DNA of 24,000 nt, from contig SFDB01000002.1 in assembly GCA_004558825.1 (NCBI GenBank), positions 1 to 24,000 on the forward strand. The letters are read 5' to 3'. A program made the position numbers and the translations under genes. Shown here piece after piece: positions 17,879 to 24,000 of this stretch (its first letter is position 1; each line of letters begins with the position of its first letter). The notes below the pieces were generated by a model. That model worked only from the letters and a program-made list of their open reading frames with translations. It did not search any database and was not told the origin of the DNA. This DNA is from Clostridiales bacterium. GTDB lineage: Bacteria > Bacillota > Clostridia > Christensenellales > CAG-138.

Positions 17879-18811
17879 TTAGTCAACGTTAAGCTCTTCA
17901 CCGACTATATACAGCGGCCTGCCTTTAAGCTCGTCGTACATTCTGTTCATGTATGCGCCCTGTATGCCCATGCAGAGCATGATTATGCCGTCAAGAAGGA
18001 CGAGCCCATCGACCGCCCAGAGCCATGCGGGAAATTTGACCGCGCAGCAGCAAAGCACGATTAGCGCGACGAGGCCGAGCCCAGATATCATGCTGAAAAC
18101 CGTGCCCAACGTTCCGACGATCGAGAGCGGCCTGTTGGAAAAGCCCGTTATGCCGTCCATGGCCAGTTTAAGCATTTTTTTGAGTGTATATTTTGTTTTG
18201 CCGGCGTAACGCTCGTGACGGACATACTCAACCGGTACGGATTCGTATCCCATCCAGGCGCTCATGCCGCGCAGAAAGCGGTTATGTTCACGCATTTTGA
18301 GAAACGTGTCGGCGACCTTTCTGTCTATGAGCCTGAAATCGCCGGTGTCGAGAGGTATTGGGTAGGCGCTCATGGAGCTGAGAAGGCGGTAATAGCAGAA
18401 CGCGGTGAATTTCTTCATAAAAGTCTCGCCCTCACGCTTTGCGCGTTTTCCGTAAGCAATATCGGCGCCGCTTTCCCAGGCCTTGACGAGCTCGGGTATG
18501 ACCTCTGGCGGATCCTGAAGGTCGGCGTCGATTATTATAAGCGCATCGCCGCGCGCGATATCCATGCCTGCGGTGACGGCAAGCTGATGACCGAAATTGC
18601 GCGAAAACGAGCGCACTCGCACCTGCTTGTTTTCTTTGGCGATTTGGCGAAGCTGCCTCATTGTATCGTCACGGCTTCCGTCGTTGACGTATATAATCTC
18701 GTAGGGATAGCCGATTTCGCGCATAACGGCGTCCATGCGCTCAAAAGAAACCTGCATCACTTCCTGTTCGTTGAACACAGGAACTATCAGCGAGAGAAAT
18801 TTGTCGGACAT
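17879..18811 (-). CDS. Glycosyltransferase family 2 (DPM1/GtrB-like) with C-terminal TM helices
   Basis: MSDKFLSLIVPVFNEQEVM...YEIIYVNDGSRDDT...IIIDADLQDPPEVIPELVKAWESGADIAYGKR. SD GGAGG before ATG 18811. Upstream ORF extension to 19189 is non-homologous. Confidence 0.93.
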   Translation of the reverse strand: MSDKFLSLIVPVFNEQEVMQVSFERMDAVMREIGYPYEIIYVNDGSRDDTMRQLRQIAKENKQVRVRSFSRNFGHQLAVTAGMDIARGDALIIIDADLQDPPEVIPELVKAWESGADIAYGKRAKREGETFMKKFTAFCYYRLLSSMSAYPIPLDTGDFRLIDRKVADTFLKMREHNRFLRGMSAWMGYESVPVEYVRHERYAGKTKYTLKKMLKLAMDGITGFSNRPLSIVGTLGTVFSMISGLGLVALIVLCCCAVKFPAWLWAVDGLVLLDGIIMLCMGIQGAYMNRMYDELKGRPLYIVGEELNVD

Positions 18812-19097
18812 ATTATTGCCTCCGTTTTCGTCTGTGTTATGAATATTATAGCCGTTAGCACATGCCAAAGCAACGAAAAAAAGGGGAGGATGCTGACAAA
18901 AAATGAGTGCTTTGCACATAAAAAAGCGAATTGCTGTACGGAGGCAATGCGGGGCTCTATTTGAGCGAACAGGCGGATATAATATTATAAGCGGCGATTG
19001 TGAGCCGGCTGAACCATTTAGGCGATTGCAAAAAGCGGCTTTAGATGTATAATAAAACAAAAAGGGAGCTGTCGGCGCCCGAATAGGAGGAAAGAAT

Positions 19098-20033
19098 ATG
19101 CCACTTGTAACGAGCACTGAGATGTTTAAGAAAGCGTATGACGGCGGATACGCGATAGGCGCTTTCAATGTGAACAACATGGAGATCATTCAGGGTATAA
19201 CGGAGGCGGCAAAGGAAGAAAATGCCCCGCTGATACTTCAGGTGTCCTCCGGCGCACGCAAGTATGCTAACCATACATACCTGATGAAGCTTATCGAAGC
19301 TGCCGTAATAGAAACGGAGCTGCCGATATGCGTCCATCTTGATCACGGTGATACATTCGAGCTGTGTAAAAGCTGCATTGACGGCGGATTTACCTCCGTA
19401 ATGATCGATGGCTCACATCATCCGTTTGAGGAAAACATACGTTTAACTAAGCAGGTTGTCGAATATGCGCACGATCACGGTGTGGTCGTCGAGGGAGAGC
19501 TTGGAAGGCTTGAAGGCATTGAGGATGACGTAAAGGTTTCGGCGGCCGATGCATCGTATACAGACCCTGATCAGGTGCAGGAATTTGTGGCACGCACGGG
19601 TGTTGACAGCCTTGCCATTGCGATAGGCACGAGCCACGGCGCATATAAGTTTAAGCCCGGAACAAAGCCCCAGCTTCGCTTCGACATACTCGAAGAGGTG
19701 CAGAACCGTCTGCCGGGGTTCCCCATAGTTCTGCATGGCGCAAGCTCCGTAATGCCGGAATTTGTAAGCATGATAAACAAATACGGCGGGGATATGCCCG
19801 ATGCTGTCGGCGTGCCTGAGGATATGCTCAGAAGGGCTGCGTCCATGGCAGTCTGCAAAATAAACATTGACAGCGATCTTAGGCTTGCGATGACGGGAAC
19901 TATACGCAAATACCTTGCCGAGAATCCGTCTCACTTTGATCCGCGTCAGTATCTCAAGCCTGCGCGCGCCGCCATAAAAGAGATGGTACGCCATAAATTG
20001 GTGCATGTGCTCGGCTGCAACGGAAAGGCATAA
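19098..20033 (+). CDS. fba: Fructose-1,6-bisphosphate aldolase, class II
   Basis: GAFNVNNMEIIQGI, CVHLDHGDTFELC, GFTSVMIDGSHHPFEENI and VLHGASSV motifs. Confidence 0.95.
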   Translation: MPLVTSTEMFKKAYDGGYAIGAFNVNNMEIIQGITEAAKEENAPLILQVSSGARKYANHTYLMKLIEAAVIETELPICVHLDHGDTFELCKSCIDGGFTSVMIDGSHHPFEENIRLTKQVVEYAHDHGVVVEGELGRLEGIEDDVKVSAADASYTDPDQVQEFVARTGVDSLAIAIGTSHGAYKFKPGTKPQLRFDILEEVQNRLPGFPIVLHGASSVMPEFVSMINKYGGDMPDAVGVPEDMLRRAASMAVCKINIDSDLRLAMTGTIRKYLAENPSHFDPRQYLKPARAAIKEMVRHKLVHVLGCNGKA

Positions 20034-20044
20034 CGGAGAACGCG

Positions 20045-20317
20045 ATGGAACAGGAGACTAACAACATCTTGCTTGTCGACAACGACGGGAATGAGATTGA
20101 ATTTGAATACATCGACAGCGTTGAATACGGCGGAAACGAGTATGTTGTGCTTGTTCAGCTCGATGACGATTCCGACGATACGGAGGCGGTTATACTTCGC
20201 GTAGAGAAGGGCGAGGAAGATAAGGAAAGCTATGTCGGCATTGATGACGAAAATGAGCTCAACGCGGTTTTTGCGCTGTTTTTGAAGCAGCAGGAGCAGT
20301 ACGAGGAAGAAGAATAA
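20045..20317 (+). CDS. DUF1292 domain-containing protein
   Basis: LLVDNDGNEIEFEYIDSVEYGGNEYVVLVQLDDDSDDTEAVILRVEKGEEDKESYVGIDDENELNAVFALFL pattern. Confidence 0.88.
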   Translation: MEQETNNILLVDNDGNEIEFEYIDSVEYGGNEYVVLVQLDDDSDDTEAVILRVEKGEEDKESYVGIDDENELNAVFALFLKQQEQYEEEE

Positions 20318-20332
20318 GCCGATAAAAGCGAT

Positions 20333-20359
20333 GGCCGCCGAGGAATCCGGCGGCCTTTG
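20333..20359 (+). terminator. Rho-independent terminator after the DUF1292 gene
   Basis: GGCCGCCG (20333-20340) pairs with CGGCGGCC (20348-20355), followed by TTTG. Confidence 0.6.
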
Positions 20360-20363
20360 AGTG

Positions 20364-20529
20364 TCGAAAAAGTGGCATACTGCCACTTTTTCGAGTTTTT
20401 CTCGTGTTTTGCTCTCGCATTCGCTCCCGGGCGGCAAAACCTGCAAAGCACGAAAACCTATGGGTTTTCATCCGTTTTGACGCACATGCCGTCAAAGCGG
20501 AATTAACTTAAGGGGCTGCGGCCCCTTAA
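20364..20529. repeat. Hairpin-dense intergenic segment
   Basis: Perfect hairpins TCGAAAAAGTGGCA-TAC-TGCCACTTTTTCGA (20364-20394) and TTAAGGGGC-TGCG-GCCCCTTAA (20508-20529), plus weaker stems between them. Confidence 0.55.
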
Positions 20530-20541
20530 CAACCCCTGCTT

Positions 20542-21423
20542 TTATTTTGAGAACATTTTTTTCATAAATTCTTCTGTGCTAAGACGTCCGTCGCGGTTGA
20601 ATCGGCCAAGCTCGAAAAGGCTTGACGCGTCGGTGATGATATTCTTTCGTTCACAGCACGTTAGCGTTGCCGAGAAGCCAAGCTCTTTAAGTATCGCTTC
20701 GCTTTCCTTGCAATATGAGCCGTATGGATACGCATATGTGCGCATTGTCAGTCCGCAGTTTGAGCGGACGAGCTCCTGAAGCTTCATTGTGTCAAAAGTT
20801 AAGAGCTTCGAGTACGATTCATAGCTTTCACCGCGCTTTTTATTTGCGCCGAGGCGCGGCGAGCTTTTATGCAGGCAGTATGAGTGACCCATGATTTCCA
20901 CTCGCCCGGACGCTGCGGCCTCCGATATATCGCTCCATGCCATATGCGAATAATTCGGATTTCGATCTTGGTTATCTGTGTATAACTGCGCGTATTCGCC
21001 GACTATTGCGATGCAGGCCTTTGCATCAAGAGATTCGAGTATCGGCAGCAGATAGACGCAATTGTTATAATAACCGTCGTCGAATGACAGCACGACGGGC
21101 TTTTCGGGCAGGTCGCACTTGCCGTTTGCATAATCGGCGAGCTCTGAAACGAACACTGTTGTGTAGCCGTTCTCTTTGAGATATAGTATATCGCTCTTCA
21201 GTGAATCGGGTGTAACGACGTATTTGCCCGTGCGTGACGGATCTTTGAGTATGCTGTGATACATTATTATGTACACGCATTTTTCCTCGGGCTTGGGTTC
21301 CGACATGAATGTATCGATGCTTCCGCCGTTTCCTATCAGCACGAATATTGCGAGAAGTGCGGCGATGTAGCAACAGGTGATGAGGGCATATAAGCGCCTG
21401 CGTTTGAAAAAATCATACTTCAA
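20542..21423 (-). CDS. Polysaccharide deacetylase family protein with N-terminal membrane anchor
   Basis: VVLSFDDGYYNN, MYHSI, YAYPYGSY; hydrophobic N-terminus LYALITCCYIAALLAIFVLIG. Confidence 0.9.
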   Translation of the reverse strand: MKYDFFKRRRLYALITCCYIAALLAIFVLIGNGGSIDTFMSEPKPEEKCVYIIMYHSILKDPSRTGKYVVTPDSLKSDILYLKENGYTTVFVSELADYANGKCDLPEKPVVLSFDDGYYNNCVYLLPILESLDAKACIAIVGEYAQLYTDNQDRNPNYSHMAWSDISEAAASGRVEIMGHSYCLHKSSPRLGANKKRGESYESYSKLLTFDTMKLQELVRSNCGLTMRTYAYPYGSYCKESEAILKELGFSATLTCCERKNIITDASSLFELGRFNRDGRLSTEEFMKKMFSK

Positions 21424-22457
21424 GGCTGAATCCCCTCCGGTTTAAATCCGTAAACACGTCTGTATTCGCCGCTTTCCTCGTCCTTCACAACAGCCGATTT
21501 GTTCGCTTTGAGCACTTCAACGATACTGTATACGTCTATCCAAATTTGATTGCGGCCCTCTTTCTGTATCTCCTCGAATATGAGCTGGAGACCGAGATGA
21601 AGGTGCGGACGCTGTAGGTTGTTGGTGTTTTCAGTGTTGCTGTATCCGGTGAGCCCCATATAGCCTATTACGTCGCCTGCCGTCACGATGTCGCCCTCCT
21701 TGAGAGACCTGACGTATGGGTGATCCTTTCTCATGTGGGCGTAGTAGTAATAGCGCCTGTTGTCGAAGCTGCGTATGCCTATGCGCCAACCGCCGAATCT
21801 GTTCCATCCCATTTCCTCGACTATTCCGCTCTCTATGGCTATGATAGGTGTCCCGACGCTTCCCATGAGATCGTTGCCTTCATGCTTTCGTTTGTAGCCG
21901 TATGTGCGCTCGTTACCGAAGTCTTTATAATGGCCGTAATTAAATCCTTTTGCGATAGGCGAAAACACTGTAAGCCCATAGCCGCTTTCCCAGTATTTTT
22001 CGCCTGTCGCCTTGTCGATGACCTCAGATTGGTATTCTCCGACAAAACCGCAAAGAACGGCGTCATAAGCTTCAAGATAATAATCGTATGATTTCATGCC
22101 TTGCGTCATGTCGGAGACCTTTTCGCCTGAAGCAAGCCTTTCGGCAAATTCGTCCATGTCCTTTGATGACCGCGCTGTGAACTGACCGCCGCATTTTGAG
22201 GCAGTATATGCCAAAAGCTCTACAAAGTTCAGGTGAACGTCGCTGCAGTATGTGTCGATATCATATTTTATTGCCTTGTTTATAAGCTCGGCATCGGGCG
22301 TGAAGTTGACCCAGCGTATGAAGGTTTTTTCCTCGGGCTCTTTCTTAAACACATCATAAACGCCTATATCGCCGCCGAATGAGATTATGACAGCGGCGGC
22401 GACGATTATGAGCGCGACTATGCAAAGCGATACCTTTATCGCGTGTTTTCGTTTCAA
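21420..22457 (-). CDS. M23 family (LytM-like) metallopeptidase, membrane-anchored
   Basis: GTPIIAIESGIVEEMGW...YYYAHM...GDIVTAGDVIGYMGLTGYS...RPHLHLGLQ. Likely TTG start at 22457 with GAGGTGAG SD (the ORF is open to 22535). Confidence 0.85.
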   Translation of the reverse strand: MKRKHAIKVSLCIVALIIVAAAVIISFGGDIGVYDVFKKEPEEKTFIRWVNFTPDAELINKAIKYDIDTYCSDVHLNFVELLAYTASKCGGQFTARSSKDMDEFAERLASGEKVSDMTQGMKSYDYYLEAYDAVLCGFVGEYQSEVIDKATGEKYWESGYGLTVFSPIAKGFNYGHYKDFGNERTYGYKRKHEGNDLMGSVGTPIIAIESGIVEEMGWNRFGGWRIGIRSFDNRRYYYYAHMRKDHPYVRSLKEGDIVTAGDVIGYMGLTGYSNTENTNNLQRPHLHLGLQLIFEEIQKEGRNQIWIDVYSIVEVLKANKSAVVKDEESGEYRRVYGFKPEGIQP

Positions 22458-22589
22458 GAATCTCACCTCGATAAACTGTAATGGTTTAATATTATGCCGA
22501 AACCGTTTCATAATTGCTCGCATATATGCAGGCAAAACAAATAAGACATTCGGAGACGTATTTTCTGAATGCCGTAGAAGACGTTTCTG

Positions 22590-24000
22590 TCAGCCGTTGT
22601 GTGAATTGCGTGAAGCGTATTTTGAAAGCTTTATCGCCATATCCACCCCGCCGACGGTATACCCGCAGTAGCCGTATATGCCGCGAAAATCTCCGCTGAC
22701 GAGCGCGGTGACGGGAAAAACGCCGGGTTCTGAGAACATGCACCGAGCGAGAACGTTTTGCGCATTGTTTTCGTCAAAAAATACGCGCGCATTCGGGCAG
22801 CGCCGCAGAAATGTTTGAAGGGGCGGGTAGGATATTTGAGAGTGTTCACTAAGTACGAACACAATGTCAAAGCATGACAATGCATCGACGCTGCGTTCGA
22901 TAATTTCTGAGAGAAAATGCTCGGTGGGTTCTGCGCCAGTCTGCAAAAACGCGAAAAGCGTATTGCTTCCGTCGTGTACGAGCGATGAAGCATTTATGGG
23001 CTTGCCATCGTCTGAAAAGATGACAAAATCATCAAGCGGCAGCGATTGAAGCATGTCCTCCGCTTCTGCTTGAGGAAGCTCGATGTGTACGAGCCTTTGC
23101 TCACCCTCCGACAGCTCAAATTCGGTTACGTTCGCGAGCTGGCAGCCGTTTGGCAGCCTGTTTACGCATACGATTCTATACGCGCCCGCGGGAAGACAGA
23201 GCCTGTCGCGCTGAAAGAAACGGCGTCCTGAAAGTTCGAGAGGTACGAACGCATTTTCGCGCATCATACTTATGCCTATGTTCGTGCCGTATATGAAAAC
23301 GGGCGCGTTTTCATGAGAGCATTCGAAAACCACATGAGAAGGTATGGCGGCGCATCGTGCGGCTTTCCATACGCCGTTATCGTAGTATTCCGCATCGTGC
23401 GTGACGGTGGATAGGCGCGACGCTATTCCGAGTGAGCGCGCCAAGGCAACAAAAATCATATCGCAGCTTTGCGAGCCTACTGAGGCGGATATGTCGAAAA
23501 GGCGTTCGGAATCCGCATTATCGCTTATAAAGGAATAAATCAGTTCGGGACTCTCGGAAAACTCTTTGCGCTCATTCTCGGACAGCGCACTGAACAGAGC
23601 GCCGCGCCACGGGCGGAGCTGTTCTGTGCCTATCCGCGGAGAAAGTATATAGTTTATGAAAACATCGTCTGAAATTTTGCTGCGCATATAAAAGCTCATG
23701 GCGCGGACGAAATGATCGTTGAGTACATGTGACTTTGCGTCGCGCATATCCTTATCGCTGAGCGTTGAAAGCAGCCTAATCGCCCATGGAAGGAGCTCAT
23801 TTGACTGCATGGTAAGGAAATCGTTTATCTCATCGGCGTTGCCATAGGCATTTGCGATAAAACGCTCCGTGCCGTCTATGACGGAATGCGTTTTTTTGAA
23901 GTCGGAAAAAAATGAATTGACGCGGCTTGCACGCAGGGCGGAGGCGCTTTTCAGGCGTTCGCGGCAAAAAGCGACGGCTGCGGCGTTCGGTGTGCAGCGA
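22590..24000 (-). CDS. Transglutaminase-like domain protein, partial (start lies beyond window)
   Basis: GSQSCDMIFVALARSLGIASRLSTVTHDAEYYDNGVWKAA resembles the transglutaminase-core helix followed by the T.....YY..G.W motif. The frame stays open upstream of the listed ATG (23810) to the window edge. Confidence 0.6.
   Translation of the reverse strand, partial: RCTPNAAAVAFCRERLKSASALRASRVNSFFSDFKKTHSVIDGTERFIANAYGNADEINDFLTMQSNELLPWAIRLLSTLSDKDMRDAKSHVLNDHFVRAMSFYMRSKISDDVFINYILSPRIGTEQLRPWRGALFSALSENERKEFSESPELIYSFISDNADSERLFDISASVGSQSCDMIFVALARSLGIASRLSTVTHDAEYYDNGVWKAARCAAIPSHVVFECSHENAPVFIYGTNIGISMMRENAFVPLELSGRRFFQRDRLCLPAGAYRIVCVNRLPNGCQLANVTEFELSEGEQRLVHIELPQAEAEDMLQSLPLDDFVIFSDDGKPINASSLVHDGSNTLFAFLQTGAEPTEHFLSEIIERSVDALSCFDIVFVLSEHSQISYPPLQTFLRRCPNARVFFDENNAQNVLARCMFSEPGVFPVTALVSGDFRGIYGYCGYTVGGVDMAIKLSKYASRNSHNG

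Noticed and set aside
18215-18964. 249-codon plus-strand ORF antisense to the glycosyltransferase
   Set aside because: The opposite strand has strong GT2 motifs over the same span. The antisense product has no recognisable fold.
18812-19189. N-terminal extension of the glycosyltransferase ORF to 19189
   Set aside because: Good SD and canonical GT2 start at 18811. The extension runs through the fba upstream region and overlaps fba.
1-24000. CRISPR array, tRNA, rRNA, tandem-repeat array or retron/DGR-like repeats
   Set aside because: Reading by eye found no regularly spaced direct repeats, no tRNA-like cloverleaf with CCA context, and no reverse transcriptase or template repeat. Very weak signals cannot be excluded without a computed scan.

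Overview
The window splits into an accessory left part (about 1-9,450) and a conserved, densely packed core part (about 9,457-24,000). It is probably from a Clostridia/Firmicutes chromosome (inference).

The left 3.5 kb is a patchwork of truncated phage, restriction and transposase pieces joined without intact gene ends: an SNF2 helicase fragment, two HsdR-like pieces fused to an HNH nuclease, a P27 terminase small subunit joined to the C-terminal part of an HK97 major capsid protein, and a phage start region joined to an IS1182-like transposase tail. An apparently intact HTH-Fic protein gene sits inside this debris. It is followed by a kinase-like phosphotransferase, a DUF2087 protein, a frame-disrupted XRE/zinc-ribbon regulator, and a coupled XRE-TPR regulator/ABC exporter pair.

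The right part carries a CDF transporter, ppa, plsX, acpP, rnc, smc and ftsY. Beyond these are a GT2 glycosyltransferase (minus strand), fba, a DUF1292 protein, and a three-gene minus-strand group (transglutaminase-like, M23-like peptidase, polysaccharide deacetylase).

I found no CRISPR array, rRNA or tRNA, and no convincing complete new defence system. The best leads are the in-frame fragment mosaic, the HTH-Fic gene with repeated operator-like sites, two interleaved inverted-repeat RNA/DNA structures, the XRE gene with a possible -1 slippery site, a hairpin in the rnc leader, a hairpin-dense intergenic segment, and a transglutaminase-like protein apparently lacking the nucleophilic Cys.
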